Below, in pieces: positions 51,633 to 63,482 of a DNA stretch of 64,000 bases. The notes beneath the pieces were generated by a model, which was given only the letters and a program-made list of their open reading frames with translations, was not told the origin of the DNA and did no database searches. Numbering within the stretch: position 1 is the first letter of the stretch; the number at the start of each line of letters is the position of its first letter. The stretch is from Vicugna vicugna (lineage: Eukaryota), in NCBI GenBank assembly GCA_013265495.1, contig MU058844.1, forward strand, positions 4,455,535-4,519,534, written 5' to 3'. Both the position numbers and the translations under genes were made by a program.

Positions 51633-52322
51633 GTAAGTATGAACGTATGCCATATGTTTGTTTTGGTTTCAGAAGTGATAAGCTGGATACTAGGAAAAAA
51701 AGTTTGGATATGTCATAACAGTATTGATAGTCCTCTTACTAGTGCCTCTAGCATCAGTTTTTATTCTGCTGCATCTACGATGTAAAATATCATTAAGCTT
51801 TCTCTTTGTTTCAAGTTAAGTGTGTTATCATCTATCACATCGTACATGCTTTTTATTCCACTTGGACTCTATACCATCTCTTGTCATTGCATATCCCTCC
51901 ACACCTTGAAAACTTGTAACTTCCAGGACTCTTCCTTCTGTTCATTGAGGTAACTTCTAACTGCTCCTTGGTCTGATTCTAACATTTTATAACTATTTTT
52001 TATGATAACCATGGTGACTTCTTAGTTATAATACTAATATGCTGGTGGTCTTTGCAGTATACCAGGGTTTGAGCTGCTACTTATTAGCTGCATGACTTCA
52101 GGAATATCAAATTCTCTGAGTTTTGATTTGCTTGTATATAAAGTGAGGATTATAATTCCTCTTTCATAGCGTTATTTTAATGATAAGTTGAAGTGATACA
52201 AGCTTTGGCTTCAAATACAGGAATCAACAATGATTTTAATAATAAATCTCATGTTCTTGGCACTTTATATTATACTTTCTAAAATATTTCATTAAATAAA
52301 AACTTGACACATTTCTTTCTAG

Positions 52323-52487
52323 TCTGGTAGAAGTGGAAAGACAATCCCAGAACTAGAAAAAACCATTGGTTTAATGAAAAAAGTAGTCGAAAAAGTCCAA
52401 AGGGAAAATGAACAGTTGAAAAAAGCATCAGGAATACTGACCAGTGAAAAAATGGCTAATATTGAGCTGGAAAATGAAAAGTTGAAG
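52323..52487 (+). CDS. CEP290: CEP290 exon 47 (165 nt)
   Basis: ttctag|TCTGGT ... TTGAAG|gtaata; SGRSGKTIPELEKTIGLMKKVVE; the exon 46/47 junction forms the P-loop-like GSGRSGKT. Confidence 0.96.
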
Positions 52488-52676
52488 GTAATATTTTTAA
52501 TGTGATCATCTGTACAGAATGTTTTACTAATATAATTTTTATTAACTTTTAAGGACAGTTTTAAATATACTATATAAAATGGCTTTAGAGGATATTTTAT
52601 ACATACAGAAAAAAAAAATACTGGAGACAAGGGCTGAGTAGTTAGAGTATCACCACTTGGTCTTCTTATTTCCGAC

Positions 52677-52862
52677 CAGTGGTTCTCACTCTGGCAGCAA
52701 AAAGTAATTAACTGTGTCTATATTCAAAAATATAGCTTCCTGAGCCCCCAGTTTTGAGATTGATTGGATTATTTCAGGGTTGGTCCTATAATAGGTATTG
52801 TGGTTTTGTTTTGTTTTTTTTTAAGTCACCCACTCACGCTAAGCCAGGATTGGGAACCTCTG
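52677..52862. mobile_element. MER5-like hAT MITE, degenerate
   Basis: cagtggttctca... / ...tgggaacctctg inverted ends, ~185 bp. Confidence 0.55.
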
Positions 52863-53015
52863 CTCTAGTCATCTGACCAGTATTAAACGGAAGAATTTAA
52901 TTCTAATTATGTCAAGTGTGGTCTCTAAAACTATGTTAAATTAAGTTTTATGAGTGTACAACATCATTGTTTATTTCCTTGTTTTGATAAGGTAGAGTTT
53001 TTTTTTAATTACTAG

Positions 53016-53138
53016 GCTGAATTAGAAAAACTGAAAGTTCATCTTGGACGTCAGCTGAGCATGCAGTATGAATCCAAGACCAAAGGCACAGAGAAAATTG
53101 TTGCTGAAAATGAAAGGCTTCGTAAAGAACTTAAAAAA
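53016..53138 (+). CDS. CEP290: CEP290 exon 48 (123 nt)
   Basis: tactag|GCTGAA ... AAAAAA|gtatga; AELEKLKVHLGRQLSMQYESKTKGTEKIVAENERLRKELKK. Confidence 0.95.
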
Positions 53139-53344
53139 GTATGACTTTCACTATTGACTATAATTATTTTTATGTTAATAAACTGGTACACTTTGGGAAA
53201 ACTGGATGAAAAAGCTAGTCTATTCAGAGTCGGTATTAAGAGATTTAGGAATTGTGTTTTTATGCCCACCATCCTTTCATTATGAGGAACACTGAAAATA
53301 AAAATTAATAGATTGATAGGTAGTATAATGAAGAAGCTACATAG

Positions 53345-53540
53345 CCAGGATTCAAATGCTGACTCTATCCCTTCTTAGCCCAGGGAACTAGGGCAAGCTT
53401 CTATTCCCTCTCCATCTCTCAATTTCCTCATCTGTATAACTGGGACTATTAAGTATACCTGTTTCCCAGAGCTACTGAAGGGCTTAAATGAGATAATATT
53501 TGTGTACATGACCTAGAATAATGCCTGATGTACAATAAAG
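53345..53540 (+). mobile_element. MIR SINE fragment
   Basis: ggattcaaatgctgactct...gggcaag...tctcaatttcctcatctgtataa..gg...ttaaatgagataat. Confidence 0.7.
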
Positions 53541-54103
53541 AATATATAAAACTGTTTTCTTTAAACGATTTTAAAGTCTTTACTGTGTCAAAATACATTC
53601 CTTGCCCCAGACAAATAGGTCCAGGGAATAAGTTGAAATTAATATTTTTAAACTATTTATAACAGTATCTGAATATACTTTGAGGCCAGTGTGATACTGT
53701 GCTTTGAATGTGGATGTTTAATAGTGGAAATAATCTTTGGTACTTACCCATACTTTAGACTTCTAGTTATGTTTCTCAGGTATTAAAACATCTTTTAAAA
53801 ATCTAAAGACATAACTATCTCATTTTCTGTAACTATTACGGACAAAGCTGATAAATTTAAAGTAACCACTAGAGTAAATACTTGTAAATATATTTTTATA
53901 ATCTCATTTACATGATCTGTTCTAAATATTATGATCATTGCTGTTTTAGAGTAGAAGAAACATTGGATTTTTATTGGAACTTTAATCAGCATTAGAACTC
54001 CACTTTATTTTTTTCTAGTTTGTAGTGATAATTTTGAATATATCACATCCATGAGAACAGTAGTGTGTTTTGTCCTAATACACTAATTATCTTTTAATGA
54101 TAG

Positions 54104-54276
54104 GAAACTGAAGCTGCAGAGAAATTGCGGATAGCTAAGAACAATTTAGAGATATTAAATGAGAAGATGACAGTTCAACTAGAAGAGACAGGGAAGAGAT
54201 TACAGCTGGCAGAAAGTAGGGGTCCACAGCTTGAAGGTGCTGACAGCAAGAGCTGGAAATCAATTGTTGTTACAAG
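54104..54276 (+). CDS. CEP290: CEP290 exon 49 (173 nt)
   Basis: tgatag|GAAACT ... ACAAG|gtagga; ETEAAEKLRIAKNNLEILNEKM...GADSKSWKSIVVT. Confidence 0.96.
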
Positions 54277-56930
54277 GTAGGAACAAATGGTTTAAAATAC
54301 AAAGTTTAATCAGTTCTAATTCTGCCATTATTATTTTTCAAGGATGTGATACTATTCTGATTAACTTAGTTGTTTCCTTGATGAACTGTTTTGCTTTAAC
54401 ATGATCCTCACTTTGTCTTCCTGAAAATATTTAACTGAGTGGGTTGTCAGAGCACAGGACAGAGCAGAGCTGGGGCTGGGCTGAGGGTGTTGGAGCTGGG
54501 TCGGCGTAATGAAGGTGCTATCAGCCGCGAGCCTGGACTGCTGATGCCCAGCTTCTCCTGGGTGCTGCTTTTCTCCAGCCACCCCTCTGCCTCGTCACTG
54601 TAGGCAATTTCTACCCCAAGTAGAAGCCAGGCACAGAAGAAGTCGAGCTGTCTTGTCACAACCTGTGGCACACCGGATCTGGGCTATGCTGCAGTTTTGA
54701 AGTTACATTCTCAGCTTCTTGCTCTTCAAGTAGTCTCAAAAGATGAATTCAGCAAACAGCTTTAGTGTCTTACTGGCCTCTGCTTTCTGGCATTTGATTT
54801 TCTCCCTCCCCTTGAGCCTATTCTACAAGTACGTGTGAGCCCTGCCTGTCAGATAAACTTTGTGGCTATGAACGAGGTGATGGGAATTCACTACTGAACA
54901 TTCACATGTTCATCGCCTCTATCACCAGGGGTGGTTCATCGTGACAATGATGAGTCAGTAAAAGGCTTTGGTGTCATTCTCATTTCTAGCCTTAAGCAGC
55001 TGCTTCAAGGAGTCTGTATGGAAGCCAGAGACCAGTGAGATCCTGCCCATGTCCTTTCCCATTAAAGTCATCCTGTCTGAAGTTGCCTTCTTTACATCTG
55101 CTGGCCCCATTTCAGAAGGCAAACTCGTCTTAATCTTACCATATTCCTAGAGTTCCTTATGTCCATGCATCTCACTTTCCCCTTAGGTGTCTACCTGCTG
55201 TTTAGAATGGACTTGATGAGGTATGGATTGGCAGTGACCACCCTGACAAGTAGCATGGGAACCTTAGCACTGCGGGGCTACAGCTGGTCCCATAGTGGCC
55301 TGCTGCACTGCCAATCTGTCAACCAGGTCGAAGGAGAAAAGAAAGGATATGCAGGTAGGTTAGAGGTGCAGGTGGCCAGGAATTTCTGGAGGAGGATCCT
55401 TGGTCCGTGTCCTAACATCACACTGAGAGTATTCAGAATCCACTCTTCCCCTCTATAGCTGTCTCTTAATTCTGTCAGAGGGCTAGTGTGAGGACTAAAT
55501 GAAATAATACATGTGATAGATAGTACGAAGGGGAGAAGGGGCCTCTTCTGCCTGCTTGGACCCCAGCAGAGGCTCTCACCCAGCAACCCTGTCAGTTGAT
55601 TTCTTGGTTGGTCCTTTATTTCCTTCTACAATCACCTATGGATTGAGAAAGAATTCTGAATTACTTTGAGATGTATTTATCCAGCAGGAATTTACTCAGT
55701 ACCTGCTAAATGCCAGACTCTGCTTTACGTTAGAAGTATTTCTAAGAGGCCTACTTTGGCTCGGTTCCTTTAGAAAGCCAGGTAGCTGCCATGGCTTACA
55801 GTTACCTAATTGCCACCATGACCTTAAGTGAATTACAGCTCTTCTGTGAGCTCAGGTTTTTTAATCTGTGGAAATGATAATCCCTGTCCTTTTTTTCCTA
55901 AAAAGGGCTTGTGAGGCTGCAGAAAAGATTATTAATGTGAAAGGGTTTATAAAGTTTATAAACATTTGAGAAGTTTGATGATATTTAACCATAACTGAAG
56001 ATGACTTTGCCTTTTAGATTATGTATGTGTTTTTAATCCAAGAACTGTACAGGTAACTGAGCACAGAGTAGACCTTATGTAAACCCTTTTGGAAAAAACG
56101 TTAAGTCCTAGCGGAATCCACTTGACAGAAGGCTAATTCTGATCCTTGACCTCAAACCTCCCTAAATCCACTGAAAAAAATTACTGAAGTCTGCAGCTGT
56201 AGTTAGGCACCCAGCTCAGTAAAGTGGTTTGGAGATCTCTTTTGGTGCCCATGGCACATTGCTCATGCTGACATCTTTATAGTTGCTCTGTTGTTACTCA
56301 ACAAACTAATGACATCTATTCCATACCAGGCTTTATAATACTGACTGCTGACAGGCCGGGGTGATGTGGGAGCTGTTTCAGATAAGGTGCTCAGGGAAGG
56401 CCTCTCTGACTGGATGGCATTTGAGCCAGGAATTGAATGAAGGGAAGGAATGAACTTCTGATATTTCACCACTTTGATAGTCTTTGTAGGATAAGAACAC
56501 TGCCTTCTAATCTAAGTTTTAAAATTTATCAAAAGCTCTTTGGTAATAATCATATTATTATGTATTATGTTGTAATATTGAGATAATGTTCCTTCCTTGT
56601 CCTGTCCTTACCTGATTTTGTTGCCAAATTGTTCCTTTTTCCTTCTTCTGGAAATATTCGAATATTATAAGCATTGTCTCACTTTAATGTGGTATGATGT
56701 GCTTGTAAAACCATTTTGGCTCAATGTTTTTTAAAATTTCTTTTAGAGTCTGGATTTTTCTTTTTCTTTTTTTTTTTTTTTTTTTGTAATTTCTTTAAAG
56801 GTTACAAATCTATTGAGATTCTTACAAGCTTCATCTCTCCCCCATATTATACCAGTTTTTTTACTCCTGTTTTTACACATTCTTTTCCCTCCCAGCAGTG
56901 TTCTTTTGGTTTTGCTCTACCTGGATACCT

Positions 56931-56932
<2 letters not shown>

Positions 56933-56961
<29 letters not shown>
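56933..56961. repeat. (TG)n microsatellite
   Basis: Directly visible, ~14 units. Confidence 0.95.
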
Positions 56962-56964
<3 letters not shown>

Positions 56965-57114
56965 TGCGTGCACGTGTTTTAGTTTGTCATCTTTAGGTAC
57001 ATTCCTAAGAATATCCAATAATAGAGAATTTGATACTCTGTTGAATTTTAATTTCTGTTTCTTCATTTTATGACTGAAAAAGGTGTTAAGGTATTAATTT
57101 TAATGTTCTTGAGG

Positions 57115-57190
57115 TTTTTTTTAATTGAAGTATAGTTGATTTACAATGTTAGTTTCAGATATACAGCAAAATGATTCAGTTATACACTTT
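57115..57190 (-). mobile_element. Very short L1 3'-terminal fragment
   Basis: ttttttttaattgaagtatagttgatttacaatgttagtttcag...tgattcagttata, a typical antisense L1 3' end. Confidence 0.7.
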
Positions 57191-57443
57191 CAGTGGTCAA
57201 ATTCAGACTCCATTCTTGTTTGTAACCTTGGGAAACACCTAAATCCTCTATTTTAGTTGGCCTGTCTGTTAATAGGAATACTTATCCTGGCTGTCACCTA
57301 ATGCTAAATAAATATGTAAGGAAAGATATGATGAGAAGGAACAGTATAATATTATTTTTAGTGCGATCCTTTGAACTGGCTTTTAAATTAATGAAAAAAG
57401 TTATTTTTCATGTCTACACCATTATTTTCCTTTATACTTTCAG

Positions 57444-57585
57444 AATGTATGAAACCAAGTTGAAAGAACTGGAAACCGACAATGCTAAAAAAACTAAAAG
57501 CCTTACTGATCTTAAACAGCTTGTAAGACAAGCAACAGAGAGGGAACAGAAAGTTAAGAAATACAACGAAGACCTTAAGCAACAG
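57444..57585 (+). CDS. CEP290: CEP290 exon 50 (142 nt), GC donor
   Basis: tttcag|AATGTA ... CAACAG|gcaagt; MYETKLKELETDNAKK...DLKQQ. Confidence 0.94.
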
Positions 57586-57664
57586 GCAAGTAATGTGATT
57601 TTTCTTTATGTGATAAAATAATGCATTATATTTCAAACCACTCCTTGGCATCGTCTTACATATG

Positions 57665-58580
57665 TAAAAATGAACTCTTGACTGATTCCTCTCCTAGAAG
57701 GACCATCTAAATGAATGGTGCCACCATTCACCCATTTGTTTAAGCCACAAACCTTGGATGAGACTCCTTTCTTTTCACTCCTACCTCACATCTTTTTCAT
57801 TAAGTCACATCAGCTCTGTTTTCAAATATATCCCAAATCTGCTGACATCGCAGCACCTCCAGCACTGCCAGTCTGATCTTAGCCATTGTCTTACACCTGA
57901 ACTATTGCAGTGACTTCCTAACTGGTCTCCCTGCTTCCTCTCTTGTCTTGTTTAACCTTCTTCCTATCCCTGACCTATTTTCCACGTAGTTGCCAAGTAA
58001 TCCCTTTCAAGCATAAAGCAAATCATAGCAGTCCTATCCTTAGAATATGGGTTCTCCATTACCCCAGAATTATTCCTCAAGCTCTTTTCATAGCCAGTAA
58101 GGCCCTACATGGTCCGGCATCTGGTTTCCTCTCTAGCCTCCTCTTTACTTCTCCCCTCACTCACAGTGTTCTAGTCACACTGACCTTTCAGTCCTGGGAG
58201 CAAACCAAACTCATTCAAGCTTCAGGGCCTAGCTCTTGCTTCCCTTGTTTAGATTACCATTTACCCAGATATTCTCATAACTCACTCCCTCGCTTCATGG
58301 CTCTGCTTATTAAATGAAGGCTCCTCAGAGCCCTCTGCCAAGCCCTGTACTACCTTCCATCACTTTCTGTCCTCTTACCCTGGGTTATTTTCCTTACTAA
58401 CTCTTCACTCTGTTTCGAAGTGTTATATCACATCACATCATATGCTCATTTGTCTTCCGCCACTGAAAATGTAAGGACCACATGAACTCTCGGGAAGGGA
58501 TTTTGTCTTTTTTTCACTGCTGTATCCTCTGTGCCTACAGACAACACGCTGTAGTTCCTCAGTGAAAAACTATTGGGTGC
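57665..58580 (+). mobile_element. LINE-2 3' fragment, approximate limits
   Basis: caccattcaccc..taagccacaaaccttgga, cacctgaactattgcagt..cctaactggtctccctgcttcc, ttcactgctgtatcc..gtgccta. Confidence 0.75.
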
Positions 58581-58726
58581 ATAGTGACTTAGAACACCAC
58601 AGAAGTGTGCTCATAGGTGCTTTTGAAAAACTCAACTTTTAAAAGTATGTTTTATTGAAAGTATGTATCTTTATAAAACCTCATATCACCATGTCAAACT
58701 TTGCCTTCTTTTCATTGTGCCCAAAG

Positions 58727-58800
58727 ATTGAGATCCTCAAACGTGTTCCTGAAGGTGATGAGACAGAGCAAGGGCTTCAACGGGAGCTTCAAGTTCTAAG
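58727..58800 (+). CDS. CEP290: CEP290 exon 51 (74 nt)
   Basis: ccaaag|ATTGAG ... CTAAG|gtgtat; IEILKRVPEGDETEQGLQRELQVL. Confidence 0.93.
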
Positions 58801-59368
58801 GTGTATTATTTGTTTATATGACTACTTTTTTTAAAGTTATTTTTTAATATAACCAGGTTTACCACATTTAGAGACTAAGATTTTTTCAACTTTGCTGCCT
58901 AATAGGATTATCAGCCTTATTTCATCCTTCTAAAGCCAATCATTCTTTTATATAATAGATGCTGAAAAAAGGGTAAACCTAATATATGTGTCAAGTTTGC
59001 AACTTAAACTTTCTCAAAAGCATGGACTGTATTAAACCTTAGCTTCCAAAAGCAAACATTAATACAATGAAGATAAAAAATTTTACTTCCAAGGTTCTGT
59101 GTAGCATATTCTCATGAGACTCCTCCAACAGGAAAACTACTCTTGAAAATGCATCAGATCAGATTTTAAGAACATGAAGGATTTTGACTGTAGGATCTGT
59201 TTGAGAATGCAGCACTGCAGCAGGGAGAGTGAACGGACAAATGTTTACCTTTATAAATATCAGCAGGTTCTGAGCACTGCACATCACACAGTGAAAGAAA
59301 TGCCCATGTATATTGTGGAGTAAAGTCTGGTTTTTATTTTGTTTTAACACATTATCATTGTGTTCTAG

Positions 59369-59463
59369 ATTGGCTAATAGTCAGCTGGAAAAAGAAAAAG
59401 AAGAATTAATCCATCAGATAGAAGTTAACAAAGACCAAAATGGAGCTGAAAGCACAATGCGGG
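59369..59463 (+). CDS. CEP290: CEP290 exon 52 (95 nt)
   Basis: ttctag|ATTGGC ... GCGGG|gtaatg; LANSQLEKEKEELIHQIE. Confidence 0.93.
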
Positions 59464-60028
59464 GTAATGCATTTTACAACATACTCATAGCATGTTCACT
59501 AACCCAAGTTTTTGAATTAGGGTTCGCTTTTTTTGTTCAGATTTCTATTGTCTTCCTATAAAGTCAAATCCCTGACTTAAGGTTTAGAGCTGTCTCTTTC
59601 CTCCACACAAAACTATCTCCATTGAGCCCTTTGAGTTCTTTGTAGCATTAAGAAGCCAATATTCTAGTGTTTTTCTCCTTTTGTTCTTGAGTGTTCTGAA
59701 TTTAATCATGATAGAACAATGCTAAGCAATATAATACTAGGTCCATTGCTTCCAGTTTCTCAGTATAGGCCCTCTGAACATTTTCTTCTAAATGTTATTG
59801 TCATCTTATTATTAATTTAAAAACCACATGCATATAAGTGAACATTGCCTAGTTTTGCTTCCTTTTACAAAGTTAAAACAAAGTCTTTCTTTTACCCTCT
59901 TCTACCCTCTTCCGTTCTCATTCAGAAATGATTACTAATCACTCCCATGTTCCTGTGTGCATAGGTATGCACATAATACACACATATGTAATGTATATAT
60001 ATATGTGTGGATACACACACAATGAACA

Positions 60029-60190
60029 ATTATTTGCAGATTCTCTATTTGCAGTGTCACCTACTCACTAAAATTTACTTGTCACCCAAAATCAGTACTA
60101 TGTGGTGCTTTTGCAGACATACACAGAGCAAAGTGTAAGTTCTATGATCCACACTTTCCTAGATGAAATCCAACAAGGTGACACTGCATT
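60029..60190. mobile_element. Tigger-family (MER6-like) fragment
   Basis: ttatttgcagattct..atttgc...cacctactcactaaaattta..tgt.acccaaaatca..act motif; subfamily is from memory. Confidence 0.55.
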
Positions 60191-60943
60191 CACTACATTA
60201 GAGGACCATTCCAAGGTCACCTTAATAGAATATGCTTCCTGTCCCATTCATGAAGATGTATTTGCTGCCCATTTTCTCAAACTTTAGCATTATTTAAAAA
60301 ATTTTACCCTTCAATGGCTGCAAAGTATGAGCACATAACACATTATATATAGTGTTTAAAGAAATACATTTTTGGCAAAGATGGCAATGAAAGCAAAAAT
60401 CCTGTTGCCCATTGATTCTCGTGATAAAATTAGAGATACTCCAGGGGAAGTCCAGTAAAACTAAAGCCCTTGTGCTTTCTATGTTTTCCTACCAGAGCAC
60501 CAGGACTTATTTGCCTTTCTGTTATCCACCCTACCCAGCACATTTTTCACATAGTAATTACCCAATGAATGTGTATTTACCTACATGGATTAGCCAAAGT
60601 GGTCTGGTAACAGGAGCACTTGGCTTCTTCCCTAACAGTCTGCTTATTTTGTTGTACTTTGAGCACTTAAGAAGTTTTCTTGGTTCTAGAATTTTTCTCT
60701 GAAAATTAACCTGACTCTGTACTTCTAACACCTAGCATATGCCTCTGTCTGAAATGGAATATTAATACCTGATACAGAGGTAGCATACAGAATTCACAGC
60801 CTGAAAAGTGTTTCAACCATAAAATCCCATATTTTCCAAGCTCTAGTCTCATAAGTTTCCTCCTTATCTAAAACAAATCCTGTATCTTGAATTTATTCAT
60901 AGTGGGAAAAAGCTAAGTCTGATTTTTATAACTTTTTTGGCAG

Positions 60944-61023
60944 ATCCTGATCAACTAAAGGAAAAGGTCGAAGATTTAGAGACACAGCTCAAAACCTCAG
61001 ATCTAGAAAAGCAGCATTTGAAG
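60944..61023 (+). CDS. CEP290: CEP290 exon 53 (80 nt)
   Basis: tggcag|ATCCTG ... TTGAAG|gtaaat; PDQLKEKVEDLETQLKTSDLEKQHLK. Confidence 0.94.
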
Positions 61024-61983
61024 GTAAATATTTAGTTATATCTTATTATAGTATTATGAATGTTTGTTGAAAGCAGCTGTTGAAAACTATTTTTATGATC
61101 ACCACCTTTGAGTTCAGGGTATGAGTTCTAAAAATTCCTGGGATCACATTTTATACTTACATTTAACTTTGATATTGCAAAGTTTATTATGTTCATCTGT
61201 GTTAAAAATATTAAGAACTAGCAAAAAATTGAGACAAAACAAGTAGGCTTAAAGAGTAAATTTATTTTTAACTGTCAAATATAGTTCATTATTTTAATAT
61301 TTTCCTAAGTTTTCGGTTACATCTTTATTTCCTTTTGAAATTTTTTTCAGGAATAGCTCCCTTAAAGAAAGATATTTGATATACTTTATCTCTTTAAGAA
61401 TCTGTAAACTGAAAAAAAGAGCATAAATGTGAAAATTAAATAATGATCACTGGCTATTCTACAGTCTTTAGTTAAAGCTCAAATTGTTTCTTTACTAGAT
61501 ACCTAACTTTTAACCAGGCAGAATCCTAGAGGTTTCCTGATCATAAATATATTTATAACAATTGACTGTTATTCATTACAAATTAGATATTTATTAAAAA
61601 AACACAAATGAAGCCTAAATCAAAGAATCTTAACCAAAATGACTTCAATGTTGTGAATAACACAGCAAAGTTTTTCTGATTGCCTCACTAAGAATGTCTA
61701 ATAATCTTTTGGAGGGAGATTAAATCACCCTAATTTAAGAGCTGATAAATTTTAGTCCAAGACTAGGACATAACTTACAGAACAAGTAATTTGACAGTTT
61801 ACAAGCTAGTTACTTATGCTGTACAATGAAACTTAATAAAATCTTAAGAAAATACTTCTGCCTTTATCAGTATATTTGACTATTCAGGCTACTTTGATTT
61901 CATGTTTATAATTAAATCTCTTTAAACCTAAAGAATGTATTCTTTCTTATATATAACTTCTAAAGATAGTATGTTTCTATTAG

Positions 61984-62214
61984 GAGGAAATAAAAAAGCT
62001 GAAAAAAGAACTGGAAAATTTTGATCCTTCATTTTTTGAAGAAATTGAAGATCTGAAGTATAATTACAAAGAAGAAGTGAAAAAAAATATTCTCTTAGAA
62101 GAGAAGTTAAAAAAACTTTCTGAACAGTTTGGAGTTGAATTAACTAGTCCTGTTGCTGCTTCTGAACAGTTTGAAGAAGAGGAGGAAAGTCCTATTAATT
62201 TCCCTATATATTAA
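61984..62214 (+). CDS. CEP290: CEP290 exon 54 coding part to stop
   Basis: tattag|GAGGAA; EEIKKLKKELENFDPSFFEEIEDLKYNY...ESPINFPIY TAA. Confidence 0.97.
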   Translation, partial: EEIKKLKKELENFDPSFFEEIEDLKYNYKEEVKKNILLEEKLKKLSEQFGVELTSPVAASEQFEEEEESPINFPIY

Positions 62215-62364
62215 AGGCCACATCTGTAGTTTTATTTAACTATTTATTAACTTTGTAAGTTAAAATTCCATCTGGAAATTCCATCTGGAAATCAAGCAGG
62301 TCTCTGACCTACTTGCTTTGCTTTCCAATACCTTGTACCTTTACCTAAATTGAAATTTTCAGTA

Positions 62365-62370
62365 AATAAA
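62365..62370 (+). terminator. CEP290: Probable CEP290 polyadenylation signal
   Basis: First AATAAA ~150 nt after the stop codon. Confidence 0.7.
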
Positions 62371-62998
62371 ATTACATGAAAATTTCAACATATTAGAAAA
62401 GTATATTTTTGAAGACTTTTAGAATAAGTCATCTATCAAACAGGCAATGAGCTGTGGTGAATTTCTGTACATTCATAATGTTTTGATTAAGAAGAGTATG
62501 AGGGTAAACTTGAACAATTTTAACATGTAAAATGGGTTTTATATATACTTACATATTTATATATGTTAAGATTCTCAAATTATATATGTGTATGTATATA
62601 TATGTTGAGTTTGAGCCATATGTTTTGTTAACTATCTAGCAATATTAAATTCAGCTTAAACTATTTAATTTTGAAAGTAAATGATCCAAAATTGTTCGTT
62701 TAACTACTATCCATTTATAATGGACTGAATCCAACCTTTGTACAAGATGGGGAGCTTATTATTACTTATATTTTTAAGTCCAAACGTTAAAATTCATTTG
62801 CTGTTTCTAAATAAAATTTTGAGTAGATATCTGCAACTGGGAAATTCATTTTTTCAAATGCTATAAGACATGTTACTTTAACATTAAACACTGAATAATA
62901 AAAAGAAATCTTGAGGTATTTTTACCTTTTAAATATGGCAGAATATTCAAGATTGAAATATAACAACAATGAAGCTGATTTTTAATTGCATTTCCAGT

Positions 62999-63187
62999 TT
63001 ATACGCTGAGTATTATGTCATTGAGCCTACTAAATTTCTGATGATCAATTTTTGAAAAATGATTAAATAAACTCTTAGCATCAAAGGCATACTCATATTT
63101 GTTCAGGTTCATGTTGATAATAACTGGCTTTGAATTCATATAAGTATCTGGGATTGGCCAGCATAAACCAAGATGGTGGCGATGGAC
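62999..63187 (-). CDS. RLIG1: RLIG1 (C12orf29) RNA ligase, last coding exon (62 aa + stop)
   Basis: Minus strand cctcttttcag|GTC... gives [62 protein letters not shown], matching the C12orf29 C-terminus as recalled; known convergent neighbour of CEP290; absent from the supplied ORF track. Confidence 0.92.
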   Translation of the reverse strand, partial: VHRHHLGLCWPIPDTYMNSKPVIINMNLNKYEYAFDAKSLFNHFSKIDHQKFSRLNDIILSV

Positions 63188-63259
63188 CTGAAAAGAGGAA
63201 AAAGGGTATTAGCTTCTACCCACATTCTCTTCATACACTTACAAGTATTCAGAGGGCCT

Positions 63260-63482
63260 ACCATCTGCCAGGCACCATTTAAGGCTCCACTTCATCTTAC
63301 TCTTTTTTTTTCATAGCTGTTCTCTTCCTGACATATTACATATTTATTTGTTTATTGCTTCTATCTTCCCCATTAGAGTGTGAGCTTCATGAAGGCAGAG
63401 ACACTGTTTTGTTGACTGTGTTTCCAGCACCTGGAAACATGTCAGGAACATAATCAGGAGCTCCATAAAAATTTAATGACTA
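63260..63482 (+). mobile_element. LINE-2 3' end in an RLIG1 intron
   Basis: tagagtgtgagcttcatgaaggcagagac..tgttttgtt.actgtgtttccagcacctggaa. Confidence 0.75.

Larger units (their letters stand above)
1..62370 (+). other. CEP290: CEP290 gene, 5'-truncated by the window (end of exon 14 to 3' UTR)
   Basis: Spliced translation gives recognisable CEP290 coiled-coil peptides ([18 protein letters not shown]..., ...RRQFSGALPLAQQEKFSK..., C-terminus ...ESPINFPIY*). 40 exons are bounded by AG/GT or AG/GC with consistent phases. Exon numbers follow human CEP290 from memory. Confidence 0.98.

Noticed and set aside
57943..58317. 124-aa ORF
   Set aside because: Inside a decayed L2, with a non-ATG start and no exon context
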